Origin: Eledone cirrhosa
Lineage: Eukaryota
Assembly (NCBI GenBank): GCA_964016885.1
Contig: OZ024759.1
Span: 14,632,001-14,696,000 of the forward strand
Length of the DNA stretch: 64,000 nucleotides
Direction of reading: 5' to 3'
The notes beneath the pieces were generated by a model that did not search any database, was not told the DNA's origin, and saw nothing but the letters and a program-made list of their open reading frames with translations. Below, piece after piece: positions 45,743 through 59,400 of the stretch. A program made the position numbers and the translations under genes. Each line of letters begins with the position of its first letter. Position 1 is the first letter of the stretch.

Positions 45743-45750
<8 letters not shown>
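45410..45750. mobile_element. Near-perfect 340-bp palindrome with two mirror-image hammerheads (45462-45526 minus, 45636-45700 plus)
   Basis: Centre 45581 (ccagtattg-g-caatactgg). atattttgt CTGATGA aaacgtac..gtaccttt GAAA tatgta TA ataaaatat, 9-bp stem I. Confidence 0.85.
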
Positions 45751-45825
<75 letters not shown>

Positions 45826-46212
45826 TATATATATAAATATATACTAATCCTGGACTTCAAAGATTAACCGTAGTCACAGCGGCAGCCATTATTGCCGGCG
45901 GTACAGGTTCACAAGTAAACAAGGTAATAACTATATAAAAGTTATATAATAACCATGTAATATTGTAACGACTTGTGACATCTCCGTAATGGTTTTTAAT
46001 AAATTATCATTATCATTGAAAATAATAGTCATTTCCTGTCTTGTCATAAACTATTTTATTATTTTTTCCTTACATCATTATAATGAACTATTTTCTTCTG
46101 GCGCAATCATTTCAGTTCGTTTCATTTCTCTCCTTTTTATTAGTCTCTGTCAAATTCAATGATTTCTCTTATGTTTCACTAATTGATATTATTCCGTGTC
46201 ACTGTGTATGTA

Positions 46213-46249
<37 letters not shown>

Positions 46250-46806
46250 GTGTGTGTGTGCATGTTTATTCTAATGTATGTGTGAGTATGTGCATGCATG
46301 TGTGTGTGAATGTTCGTGTGTGTAAGCTCCAATGTGTGTGTGCGTGTGTGTGTATGTATGTGTGTAAATGTGTGTACAGTATGCGTGTATAAGTGTGAAT
46401 GTATATATGTTTGTATGTATGTTTATATGTATGTATGTATGTATGTGTGAGTATGTGCATGTATGTGTGTATGTGTATGTATGTGTGTATGTGTGTATGA
46501 ATCTGCGTGTGTGTAGGCTCGAATGTGTGTGTGTGTGACTGTGTGTACCTGCATGCGTGTATAAGTGTGAATGTGCAGGTGTATATATGTATGTATGTGT
46601 GTGTGTATGTGTGTGCATTTATATGTATGTGTGTGTGTGTTTATTCCAATGTGTGTGTGAGTATGTGTGTGTGTGTGAATGTGCATGTGTGTGTATGTAT
46701 GTGTGTATATGTGTGAATGTGCTTCAATGTATTCTATATTTATATGTCTATTAAACTCTCTCTCTCTGAATATATATATATATAACTATATAATATATAT
46801 ATACTA

Positions 46807-46853
<47 letters not shown>

Positions 46854-46857
46854 TATA

Positions 46858-46890
<33 letters not shown>

Positions 46891-46902
46891 CATAATATAT
46901 AT

Positions 46903-47249
<347 letters not shown>

Positions 47250-47446
47250 TATATATATATATATATATACAGATAATACATATATATATATATATACACA
47301 TATATATATATTATATATATATATACAGATATACATACATATATATATATAGTATGTATATATATATATATATATACAGATATACATACATATATATATA
47401 TATATGTATATATAATATATATATATATATATACAGATATACATAC

Positions 47447-47483
<37 letters not shown>

Positions 47484-47587
47484 GATATACATACATATAT
47501 ATATATGTATATATATATATATGTATACAATATATATATATGTATATATATATATATAGTATATATGTATACATATATATATAATGT

Positions 47588-47650
<63 letters not shown>

Positions 47651-48045
47651 CCATCTCTAACACGAGAGACATAGATATAATTGGTTCTATTTGCTATTGC
47701 AAAGGTTCTAATTGACAGGTGGCAGTGGAAATAACTTGCTCATCTTCCTTGTTCAATATATCTACATCTTTACCATTATCTCTGCTCTTTGTAAAAGTGC
47801 GACGCCTCGTGATTAAAGATACTTGGCTCATAATTCAAAGGTTTAGGGTTCAATTCCTGGGTCGAGCGGCACATTGAATTCTTCAGCAAGTGACTTCATC
47901 TCATGTTGCTTTTTATTATACGATTGAAGCCCCTATTAATAACACTGACGAACACTCCCTATTAGATCCAACTTCTTAGAAGACCAGCTAATATTATATA
48001 GGTGTGAGCTTTAACAACAAAAGCATTATAGAACTGGGGTATTGA

Positions 48046-48390
48046 GGCGCATGGCTTAGTGGTTAGAGCATTTGGCTTGCAATCGAAAGGTTGTGAGTTC
48101 GATTCTCGGACCGGTTGATGTGTTGTGTCCTTGAGTAAGATACTTTATTTCACGTTGCTCCAGTTTACTCAGCTGTAGAAATGAGTTGCGATCCTGCCAA
48201 ATCAATGGGTGGCAGTAGTTCCCATCTCCACGCATCAAAAGACTGGTGTAGTGGTTCTGAGAACAATGCGGTTTTGCAGATGATCAATGCAAAATTGACA
48301 ATGGAAAGGGCGCACCCGCTCGAGTTAGAAGGAGAAACTATTGACCTTCAGGAGAAGCAGCGACCCCTGATTGTATTCAACGACCGAAAC
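48046..48390 (+). mobile_element. CORE-like tRNA SINE
   Basis: ggcgcatggcttagtggttagag..gagttcgattc..ccttgagtaagatac..ctcagctgtagaaatgag. Confidence 0.85.
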
Positions 48391-48794
48391 AAATATGTGC
48401 TACATCAAATCCAATGCTTCTAGGGGTGGCCCTGGTTCTTCTTATTTGCCAGTGTAAACTCCTCCAGATTAGATTAGATTAGATTAGATTCATTCAAACA
48501 CAAAATAAACCTCATATTAGATGAAACCTCGTAGGTGGCCAGCTAAACATGCATAGATGAAAGCTGTAATAACAACCTCATTGGACTGGATCCCTTGTCT
48601 TCAAAACATCCAAGAAGCACCCTATGAGATACAACTTCGTAGATGCAAGATAAACCTGCATAAGTGGAAGCTGTAACAACAATAACATTACAGAACTTAG
48701 GTCTGTATCATTAAAATAGAGAAGAAACTACTATGAGATACAACTTTCGTAGAGGGCAGCTAAACTTGCATAGGTGAAAGCGGTAACAATAATA

Positions 48795-49160
48795 ACTGTT
48801 TCTACTTTTGGCACAAGGCCAGCATTTATCCCAGTACATTACTGGTACTTTATTTTATCGACCTCGTAAGGATGAAAGGCAAAGTTAACCTCGGCGGGAT
48901 TTGAACTCATACCGTAAAGGGCCGGAACTCTATGATGCAAAGCATGGCATCCGACCCTCTACCGATACTGTCAATCCACCGTCCTACAATGATAATAATA
49001 ATATTTGTTTGTACTTTAAGCACAAGGCCAACAACCTTTGGGGGAAGGGAAATTGATTAAATCGACTCCAGTACATTATTGGTGCTTAAGTTAACCTCGG
49101 CGCGATTTGAACTCAGTCCGTAAAGGGAGGTAACTCTGTGCTGCAAAGCATGGCGTCCGA
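48795..49160 (-). mobile_element. Two Meta-like SINEs
   Basis: Same motifs as 15545, in reverse complement. Confidence 0.8.
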
Positions 49161-50017
49161 ACACTGCAGAACTAGGGTTGTTATCATTACAACACCCAAG
49201 AACCCCCGATTTAAGGAAGTCAACTACACCTCTATAAATGAGACTTTTGTATCACAGCTCAACAACTATTTTCCCTGTACTAATGTCATACAAGGTACAT
49301 CATTAATTAAATATAATAAGGCTATTTTCTATGTAATGTTCTCTTGCCTTTTCTTCTGTAACATACACATATAGACACGACATATACAGACACACAGACA
49401 TATATATATATATGCATGTTTATTTATATATCATATCATATATATATAAATGGATATATATATATATACACACATACATACGCACACATATATATATGTG
49501 TAAATACATTTGTATATATTTGTACATATTTGTATATATATATACACACACACACATATATATATAGCAAAAAATGAAAACGAAAAAGAAAAAAAGAAAA
49601 AATAGAATCAACAAGTAAAACAAAAATAAAGGAACACTTCTTCACCAGAGAAAAACTATTGATTGTCAAATTTAACATTATCTACTATCGTTATATTAAT
49701 CCTGGTAGTACAGCTTTTCCCTCAGGCAATCCTTTTTACCATTTACCATTTCTTAGCTGGTTTCCCCAATTGAACTTTGTGACAGAAAAACTATTACAAG
49801 GACTTTTTTTATGTCCTTTACGACGCAGACAGAACTTTTTCAAATCTTTCTTTTTCGTAATTGGTTAAATGTGGTGCATATGTACGTACGTACGTACGTA
49901 TGTATGTATGTATGTTTTCTCTTTCTCTTAATTTTGAGTATATTTTTTTGACTGTATGTATGTATGTATGTATGTATGTATGTATGTATGTATGTATGTA
50001 TGTATGTATGTATGTAT

Positions 50018-50166
50018 GTGGTAGAGAATGTAAATCAGCAGGAGGGCTCAAGCGACATGCAACCACAGCCGACTATTCCCAGTGAATGTTTTGGTTGCCC
50101 ACTCTGTGCAAGACATTTTAGATCATTGGCTGGGCTAAAAAGCCACATTCGATCGCAGCGCTGTTA
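50018..50166 (+). mobile_element. RTE C-terminal double C2H2-finger fragment
   Basis: [37 protein letters not shown]. Confidence 0.6.
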
Positions 50167-50278
50167 GTTGCTATCGTGTGTGTGTGTGTGTATAGATATG
50201 TTTATGTGTATGCGTGTATGAGTATATATATATATATGTATATGTATATTATTATTGTTGTTGTCGTTATCATTATTG

Positions 50279-50333
<55 letters not shown>

Positions 50334-50336
<3 letters not shown>

Positions 50337-50575
50337 GAGGTCACGGCGAAGGTGCTTGCACTCACCCAGAAGTGCGCTGAGTGCAAACTTTTCTTAAAAG
50401 GTCAAGTGGAGGTGGTGAACACTTACATAGCTTCCGTCATCAACTACCGCTTGACAGTCGTACCTTGTACCCGCAATCACCTCACCAAAATGGAACGTCC
50501 ACTCTTCAAGTTCCTTTGGAAGAAACAGGCTCCATTGGTGAGGAGATCCATCTGCTGCCAACACCCTTCTAATGG
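50334..50575 (+). mobile_element. Tx1/L1-type ORF2 internal fragment after (ATT)n
   Basis: KLFLKGQVEVVNTYIASVINYRLTVVP..LFKFLWKKQAPLVRRSICCQHP. Confidence 0.7.
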
Positions 50576-50619
50576 AACACTTTTGAACATTGGAACAACT
50601 ATTAGGGCCATTAATATTT

Positions 50620-51410
50620 ATTAAGCACTATTCGAAAGATTCACCACAACTTCTTTCCATAACATGAACTGGGAAATTATATAACACATAACCCTTCAGT
50701 GAAGCCCTTTAGTATAGGTCAACTGACAGAAAATCGTATTACGGTTATGAAAGAAATTCTAAATAAGCCTACAAGGTAAAAATTAAAATCGGTCATCGTG
50801 GGCCCCTCTGACTTGTCTGGTGGACCGGATTGTGGCTCGAAGACCGCCTGTTTCACACCCCTGGTATAGACAGTAAAAAATAACAAAGGTACATTACAAC
50901 ATTGAAGAAAATTCAATCCCAACTCATATGGGTTGGACATGTCCTAGGGCTATCTGAGGACCGTACACCTAAGGTCCCGATGTACAGCCAGCCCCAGGAT
51001 ACTGTGTATAGTGTGGACAGGCCACTACTCCGACACAATGACAAACTGAAGGACAATTTAAGTCTGTCAACGTATTTCTTTCTTAGTTTGAAGCCATGAC
51101 TCCCAATTGTAAAAAATGGAGTACTGTCTGTCATGAAGGTATAAAAAACTTTGAGAAATCTCGTTTAGCCCACCACTGTGAGATAAGATCTAACACCAAA
51201 GTCTGGTCAGCCATTCCAACCTGCTCTGTTCGAGATCCTTTCACACAAAAAAAAATTCTAAATAAGCCTACAAGGTAAAAACTAAAAACGGTCACTGCAG
51301 GCCACTCTGACAGGTCTGGTGGGCCGGATTGTTGCCCACGGGCCGGATTGTTGCACGCCACCTGGTATAGACAGTAAAAAATAACAAAGGGAGATTACAA
51401 CATTGAAGAA
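50620..51410 (+). mobile_element. Decayed RTE fragment interleaved with a duplicated hAT-MITE piece (direct repeat ~50754-50909 / 51254-51410)
   Basis: SQLIWVGHVLGLSEDRTPK..RPLLRHNDKLKDNL..KWSTVCHEG. Repeat contains ggccggattg..gtttcacacccctg (hAT-like TIR). Confidence 0.6.
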
Positions 51411-51600
51411 GAAGGTGTAGAATGATTTGTACCTCGTTATGAGTATCAGGGTTGAGGACCTTGATTGGGTTACGTTTAAGGTCGTAAATAAAGATGTTGT
51501 AATGAGTTGGATTAGAGTAATATAAACTAATTGAAGCCCTATAAACTAATGAGATAATTGTTGTTTGTAAACTGAAGGATCAAATAAATATAATTAATAA

Positions 51601-53660
51601 ATGATGGTGGTGGTAGTGGTTGTGGTGGTGGTGGTGGTGGTGTTGATGATGGTGGTTAAGGTGGTGGTGGTGGTGGTGGTGATGGTACTGGTGGTGGTGG
51701 TGGTGGTGGTGGGGGTGGGATTGGTGGTGGTTGTGGTGAGGGTGTTGGTGGTGGTGTTGGTGGTGGTGGTAGTGGTGGTAGTGGTGGTGGCGGTGGTTGT
51801 GTGGTTGTTGTTGATGGTGGTGGTGGTGGTAGTGGTGGTAGTGAGGGTGGTAGTGGTGGTGTGGTTCTTGTTGTTGTTGGTGGTAGTGGTGGTGGTGGTC
51901 ATCGTGGTCGTGTTGCTGTTGTTGATGATGGTGCTGATGGTGGTGGTGGTGTTGTTGGTGGTGATAATGGTGGTGGTGGTGGTGGTGGTAGTCGTGGTGG
52001 TGTGGTTGTTGTTGATGGTGGTGAGGTGGTGAAGGTGGTGGTAGTGGTGGTGGTGGTAGTGGTCGTCGTGTGGTTGTTGTTGATGATGGCGGTGGTGATG
52101 GTGGTGGTGGTGTTGATCGTCGTCGAGTGGTTGTTGTTGTTGTTGATGATGGTGGTGGTGATGATGGTGGCGGTAGTGATTATGGTAGTGATGGTAGTGA
52201 TGGTAGTGATGGTTAGTGAGGGTGGTAGTGGTGTGGTTGTTGTTGATGGTGGTGGTGATGGTAGTGATTGTAGTGATGGTGGTGGTGATGGTGGTCGTGT
52301 GGTTGTTGATGATGGTGGTGGTGGTAGTGAGGGTGGTGGTGGTGTTGTAGTTGTTGTTGATGATGGTGGTGGTGATGGTAATGAGGGTGGTGATGGTGGT
52401 GGTGGTGTTGCTCGTCGTCGAGTGGTTGTTGTTGTTGTTGTTGATGATGGTGGTGGTGGTAGTGAGAGTGGTGATGGTGGTGTTGTAGTTTTTGTTGGTG
52501 GTGATGGTGGTGATGGTTGATGGTGGTGTTGGTGGTGGTGCTGTTGTTGGTGGTGATGGTTATGAGGGTGGTGATGGTGTTGTAGTTGTTGTTGTTGTTG
52601 GTGGTGATGGTTGTGTGGGTGGTGATGGGGTTCTTGTTGATGGTCGTGTTGGTGGGGTGCTGTTGTTGTTGTTGGTGGTGATGGTGGTGATGGTTGTGTG
52701 GGTGGTGATGGGGTTCTTGTTGATGGTGGTGTTGGTGGTGGTGCTGTTGTTGGTGGTGATGGTTATGAGGGTGGTGATGGTGTTGTAGTTGTTGTTGTTG
52801 GTGGTGGTGATGGTGGTGATGGTAGTGTTGGTGATAGTATTGTTGTTGTTGTTGGTTGGGTTGACGGTGATGGTGATGATGGTGATAGCGTTTGTAGTAG
52901 TGATGGTGGTAATGGTGATGGTTATGGTATCGATAATAGTGCATTGGCTTGGTGGTGGTGCTCGTGATCGTGATGATGATGGTGGTGATGGTGATATACT
53001 GGTGGTGGTGGTGATGATCGTCGTGGCGATGGTGATATCGTGATAGTGGTGGTGGTGGTGGTCATGGTGATATAGTGGTGGTAGTCATGGTGATATACTG
53101 GTGGTGGTGGTGATGATGGTCGTGGCGATGGTGATATAGTGGTAGTGGTGGTGGTGGTGGTGGTCATGGTGATATAGTGGTGGTAGTCATGGTGATATAC
53201 TGGTGGTGGTGGTGATGATGGTCGTGGCGATGGTGATATAGTGATAGTGGTGGTGGTGGTGGTGGTGGTCATGGTGATATAGTGGTGGTAGTCATGGTGA
53301 TATACTGGTGGTGGTGGTGGTGATGATGGTCGTGGCGATGGTGAAATAGTGATGGTGGTGGTGGTGGTCATGGTGATATAGTGGTGGTAGTCATGGTGAT
53401 ATACTGGTGGTGGTGGTGGTGGTGATGGTGATATTGTGGTGGTAGTCATGGTGATATACTGGTGGTGGTGGTGTTGATGGTGGTGGTGATGGTGAAATAG
53501 TGATAGTGGTGGTGGTGGTTTGTGGTCATGGTGATATAGTGGTGGTAGTCATGGTGATATACTGGTGGTGGTGGTGTTGATGGTGGTGGTGGTAGTGGTG
53601 GTCATGGTGATATAGTGGTGGTAGTCATGGTAATATACTGGTGGTGGTGGTGGTGGTGGA
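51601..53660. repeat. 2-kb (GGT/GAT/GTT)n array with higher-order repeats
   Basis: Direct reading; ~100-110-bp unit ggtcatggtgatatagtggtggtagtcatggtgatatact.. at 52990-53640. Confidence 0.92.
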
Positions 53661-54123
53661 TATGGAGCAATAATCATGTTGAGCAATAATTAAGTTGAAA
53701 CAATTAAGATAACCTATTAAAATATGTAATTCTGTCAGAAACAATTCAAGTTTTAGATTTATCACTTAATATCTTGTAGATTATTGAAGCTACTACGCAA
53801 TACATACACACACATCACTCTCTCTCTCCTTCTCTCTCGGTATATATATACATAGACTGTGAAGACGAGAGTGTCTGAGTGGTTAGAGGATTGGATTCGC
53901 AATCGCGAGGTTGTGAGTTCGATTCCCGAACCGGGCGATGCGTTATGTCCTTGAGCAAGACACTTTATTTCACGTTGCTCCTTCTACCTGGAGTTGCGAC
54001 CGATAAATAGTATTAGCAACTGGAAAGACCAATGGAAACATTGTTTCCTCGGTCCGATTTGACGAAAGTCGATCGACTGACACACATATATACAGTATAT
54101 ATATATATTGGGTTGTCAACATA

Positions 54124-54268
54124 TGTTAACCTAGGTCTTCTCCTTCGAATGTGTCCATGCATGGGCTCCTACAGGAGCACTGAGTGCAGTGTCAACTCTG
54201 GATGTCGGTGAGCATGTTCAGCTAACCTCAGTCTCCTATGTGTCACATTTCAGCTGACGTTTGGGAGG
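54124..54268 (-). mobile_element. Older internal fragment of the RTE family (copy 4)
   Basis: Colinear with 3856-3998. Confidence 0.75.
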
Positions 54269-54855
54269 CATAAACATAAAAGAATGAACTGAAAAGACAG
54301 TTGAACTCTCAAACGTTGAATCGACGGGAGAGTCCATCATATATATATGAAAGGAAATTTACAGAATATCTATTTTCAGAATGGAATATGTATTTTTGGC
54401 CAAATCAATCATACCAATTTTACATCACGGTGATGGCAGTATTTAACAGTTTATATTTTGTAGTCTGTTTCTGCCTCAGGTCATATAGATTTTCAAGCAA
54501 GCAAGCGAATATAAATTATAGCTGAAAGATTATTTTGTCGTTAATCTGGTGTCTAGAATCAGATCTAACTCAAATGAATAAATAATTGAAAAAAAAAAAA
54601 AAAATGATAAAAGTGTAGCATTTATTATTGATTTCAAACATAGGCACAGGACTGCAGATTCGGGAAGAAGGAGACGTATATAGTTGAGAGAGAGCGAGTA
54701 AGAGAGATAGAGAGAGGGTGGTGGTGGGCACAGAGAAAGAGCGAGTAAGAGAGAGAGATACAGAGAAAGAGGGAGTAAGAGAGAAAGAAAGAGAGATAGA
54801 GATAGCGATAGAGAAAAAGAGAGATAACTAGAGAGAGAAAAATGAGCAATATATA

Positions 54856-55015
54856 CAGGTAAAATTCCGCTATAACGAATTTTTCAGTATAACGAAATTT
54901 TCTTCAATCCCTGGTCACTCGCTCGATATGTTAGGTCAATCCCGTTATAAAGAATTTTTCGCTACAACGAATTTATTTTATATCCCATGAATTTCGTTAC
55001 AACGGAATTTCACTG
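54856..55015. mobile_element. Tc1/mariner (pogo/Tigger-type) MITE
   Basis: TIRs CAGGTAAAATTCCGCTATAACGAA / TTCGTTACAACGGAATTTCACTG, TA on both sides. Confidence 0.85.
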
Positions 55016-55024
55016 TATATACAT

Positions 55025-55083
<59 letters not shown>

Positions 55084-55084
55084 A

Positions 55085-55252
55085 CCGTATTTCTCGGCGT
55101 CGAAGACGCTACTTTTTTCCTAAAATAAGTCTAAAAAATCTACCATGCGTTCTGGAGGCCGAAGGTTATTTTTTTTTTTTTTTCAAAGTTTTGGTTGTCA
55201 AAATTAGGGTGCATCCTCGAGGACGAAGCGTCTTCCGCGCCGGGAAATACGG
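55085..55252. mobile_element. Tc1/mariner-type MITE
   Basis: TIRs CCGTATTTCTCGGCG / CGCCGGGAAATACGG, TA target duplication. Confidence 0.85.
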
Positions 55253-55691
55253 TACTTAATAAATGAAACAAAACAAAACACAGGAAGCAAAATTACACAG
55301 TTATATTAGGTTCACGGTTGGAAGAATTGGAGGAGGTTTCAAAGATTCGGACAGAAGTCCTTCTACTAAGTTCGGATAAGGAAAGAAAAGATACAAGTAG
55401 GAGTAGGTTGGGAAAGGAAGTTAAGAAAAAAAGGGGGTTGAGCGGAGAAAGATAGGTAGGGGGTGGTGGATGAAAGGTCTGGCATGAGAGAGGGGAGCGT
55501 GGATAGTACGGGGGTGGCCGGAGTGTAGTCGTGTGTATGTGTGTGTGTCGAAGGGAAGAAATTTGTAGATGTGTGTGGCTTCAATCTATATGTGTGTGTG
55601 GGCACGTGGGTGTCGTAGAGTCTTATAAATTTGATGTGTGCATATCTGTGAATTACTATCTCTTTTTTTTTGCCAAAAGTAGATATAATTA

Positions 55692-56328
55692 TTGGTTTCT
55701 TATATAGGCACAAGGCCAGTGATTTTGGGGGAGGGGAAAGTCAATTAAATCGACCCCAGTGCGTGACTGGTACTTTATTTTATCGACCCCGTGAGGATGA
55801 AAGGCAAAGTTAACCTCGGCGGGATTTGAAATCAGATCATAAAAGGCCGTAACTCTTTGCTTCAAAGCATGGCGTCCGACTTTCTACCGATACTGCCAAT
55901 CCACCGCCCTAAAAGTAGATATAATTATTATAAACCCTTTTGATAAAATCTTTCAACATTATTTGGCAGTATTGGCAGTATCGGTAGAGGGTCGGACGCC
56001 ATGCTTTCCAGCATAGTTACGTCCCTTTACGATCTGAGTTCAAATGCTGCCGAGGTTGACTTTGCCTTTCATCCTTACGGGGTCGATAAAATAAAGTACC
56101 AGTAACGTACTGGTTAATTGCTGGCCTTGTGCCTAAAGTAGAAACAATTATTTGGCAGTATCGGTAGAGGGTCGCATATACTTTCCAGCATTGTTATGTC
56201 CCTTTACGATCTGAGTTCAAATCCCGCCGAGGTTAACTTTGCCTTTCATCCTTACGGGGGTGATAAAATAAAGTACCAGTAATGTACTGGATAATTGGTG
56301 GCCTTGTGCCAAAAGTAGAAACAATTAT
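55692..56328. mobile_element. Three Meta-like SINEs (55692-55910 minus; 55963-56150 and 56151-56328 plus)
   Basis: Full heads, Meta-like core, tail ccttgtgcc..aagtagaaac. Confidence 0.88.
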
Positions 56329-56863
56329 TTCTTTTTTTTTGCATGTGTGTGTACGTGTGTGTTTGTGGGGATTTTTCTGTAGTTTCTGATATATATATAT
56401 ATATAGTAAGAGGTTAACAGAATAGGGATGTGCGGATCACACCATGGTTGGGAAGCAGATAAAAAGAAGCTCTCAACGACCTATATAAATGGTACAAGGC
56501 GGAGTATCATCTAAATAATACTAAAACTCTGAGATTTCTTGCTTGCTTGTCTGTACTGTAACACAGCCAAAAGGGCGCATGGTGGGAAAATACTTTGAAA
56601 GAATGTTGACCCTGAAATGGGGATACAAATGGAATAAAACAAGTTTCACGTAAATCAGAGCACGGGTTCCGAGACATGGGATTTTTTGGGGTATCTTCAT
56701 AAACCGAGAGAGAGATAGATAGAGAGAGAGAGAAGGAGAGAGAGAGAGAGCTGGTCGTGTTGTGTATATATATATATGAGTGTGTGTGTGTCTATGATTA
56801 GTGTATATAGATCACAGACACCCAGATACACATACGCATATATATATATATATGTATATACTT

Positions 56864-56919
<56 letters not shown>

Positions 56920-56922
<3 letters not shown>

Positions 56923-57051
56923 CCTTCCAGTTTCATTTTACATTATATACATGTCTGTATATTTTAATTATTCAAAAATTATTTTTAAGTAAAAGTGATT
57001 TAAAAAAACATTTCGAAGTCAACGTGACCCACCGGGTCATGGATGGTCTAG
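56920..57051 (+). mobile_element. Helitron 3'-terminal fragment
   Basis: Hairpin cgtgaccc-acc-gggtcatg (57023-57041) followed by CTAG|T (57048-57051). Confidence 0.6.
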
Positions 57052-57093
57052 TATATTAATAAAAGATCGGCGTTGATTTAGGTTTATTAAAAC

Positions 57094-57154
57094 TCCGTTA
57101 TACATATTTCACTGAGGACGATCAGTTATGATAGCCTGAGCTCTTCAGACGGCA
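57094..57154 (-). ncRNA. Type I hammerhead ribozyme motif
   Basis: gccgt CTGAAGA gctcagg..cctcagt GAAA tatgta TA acgga. Confidence 0.7.
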
Positions 57155-57499
57155 AAACATAGAATAAACATTGAAGGTTCCTAAGAATCCTTTAAATTTG
57201 GAAAAATCTAATAATTTCCCCGAAAAAGATTTTCGTTTCATGATACAGGGGGCCGACCGAACCGGTGGTGTTGTTTCTTCGACTTAATCAACCTTTTAAA
57301 CCTCTTTTTCCGTTTGTATGGCGTTTTAACATATTGTTTAGCTCTAGTTTTTTAACTATTGAGCTCTTGCCAGCATTTCTACGATTTTGCGTTTCGTTTC
57401 GCTTTTTCTACCGGCCGAAATACGATTCTCGCTGAATTATATATCTATCTATCTATCTATCTATCTCTCTCTCTCTCTCTATATATATATATAGTAATA

Positions 57500-57732
57500 A
57501 TAATAATTTTGAAGACTAAAATCCAAAGAGGGCTCGATAAGGATAAATATATATCAAATATATAAGAACCGTAGAGCAAATATTTATTAAAATAACAGAT
57601 TAAAGTTTAAGCAAAGAATCGCTGCTTTCACCCTTAACGGGATCTTCTAAAACTGGTTAGTTTCAGAAGATCCCGTTAAGGGTGAAAGCAGCGATTCTTT
57701 GCTTAAACTTTAATCTGTTCTTTTAATAAATA
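57500..57732. repeat. TA-embedded fold-back element (hairpin 57581-57732) with a degenerate HHR-like core
   Basis: Near-perfect ~68-bp arms; cagaaga tccc-gttaa-gggt gaaa gcagc. Confidence 0.8.
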
Positions 57733-57885
57733 TATATATATATATATATATATGGATTTTACCAGTTTTAAACTACTAAGAACATTATTCAGCAGAGTAC
57801 TGGATACATGGGATAGTAGATATCAGAGAAGCTGGGATTTCCTGTCCAAACGGCAAGAGCTCAGCCGTCGACCCCATCACTTATA

Positions 57886-59400
57886 CAGGCAAAATTCCCT
57901 TATAACGAATATCATTAAAACGAATTTTTTAGTATAACGAAATTTTTTTCAATTCATGGACACAAGCTTATTAAAACAACGATAAAAGAATCTCGTTATA
58001 ACAATAGTATTTCAGTACAACGAACGGAAATTGAACCCCAAGAAACCAAACTTCCTCTTTACAACGAAATAAAAATTTCGACACATTCCTTCTCGAATTG
58101 CCATCCAACCAAAGGACTTGAACCCTGAAATGCTGCTTCAAATTCCCCGCGTGGAATTGTTTCTTACACACAAGTGATATTTCTACTAGTACACACTGGA
58201 ATATTCTAGTATCGATGTTCAAACACAATAGACTCGTCCTTTACAAACGTCTCTCTCCCTTTCTTGTTGTTAAACTGTAATATCAGGACTAAGTACAGTA
58301 TCTTTACTGTAATATCAGTACTAATTAACTACAATATTTCTACAGAAACATTTCAATATATTAATGTAATATCAGGTCTAATTAACTATAGTATCTCTAC
58401 AGTAACATTTCAATATCTCTACTGTAATATCAGAACTAATTAACTACAGTAGCATTTCAATATCCTTACTGTAATATCAGAACTAATTAACTACAGTATC
58501 TCTACAGTAACATTTCAATATCTCTACTGTAATATCAGAACTAATTAACTACAGTTGAATTTCAATATCTTTACTGTAATATCAGAACTAATTAACTACA
58601 GTATCTCTACAGTAATATTTCAATATATCTACTGTAATATCAGAATTAATTAACTACAGTATTTCTACGGTAACATTTCAATATTTTTGTTATTATTTTA
58701 TAAGTAAAGTTCTGTCTGCATTGTTCTCACATTCTTAACACGCTCTATTTATTTTAAACTAAAAAACATTTTTGCTATAAGTCAGTAAAGTCATACATAC
58801 AGTATAGAGTATCTAACAGAAAAAAAAACAACATTCTGATTCGATCTTACTTATTCGATTGATTCTTTGTCAACCTACCATTGAAATTTAGTTACTTTAG
58901 CACACACAAAAAGAAAAAAGTAAATTGAACTGCTTTGTTTTGGTTTTGTGAAATTTCTATTTTGGACTCAAAAGTAAAGGATACCCTATTTGTTATTGTG
59001 GTTTTATATGAATTATGGAAAACAAAGCGAAAAAAGGCGACAGTTTTTGGTTTACGAAAAGTTGTAAATTCTGAAAGCTGTTGAGTCTGGGTAAAAAAAG
59101 AAAGACATTTCGTTACAGTTTAACATTACTCCTTCGACATTGTCCACGATTGTTAAGAATCAGTCTAAAGTTACAGAAAAATCTAAAGAGACAAACTTTG
59201 GTACACAATACCAAAGAGCTGCGATATTCGAAGATATTTGAAAGATATATTTTATACTTTACTGCATGATACAGTCATACTGCAGGTATGTGTTCATTCA
59301 TTTATTGTTTAATTTTTAAACACGAGGTAATAACAAACGTTCGATTTGTGGAGGTGGATCTCGTTATAAAGAAATTTTCGTTACAACGAATTATTTTATA
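57886..59400. mobile_element. Larger non-autonomous relative of the 54856 MITE with an internal minisatellite (58270-58685)
   Basis: Left end ta-CAGGCAAAATTCCCTTATAACGAA. Right subterminal ttcgttacaacgaattatttta, with the outer TIR lost. Unit actgtaatatcagaactaattaactacagt. Confidence 0.65.

Noticed and set aside
49964-50167. Host C2H2 zinc-finger gene
   Set aside because: No TGEKP linkers; matches the RTE C-terminal finger seen at 5650 and 33150.
51594-53449. Gly/Val/His/Thr-rich structural protein gene
   Set aside because: All frames are open because of triplet repeats; no splice signals or unique domain.
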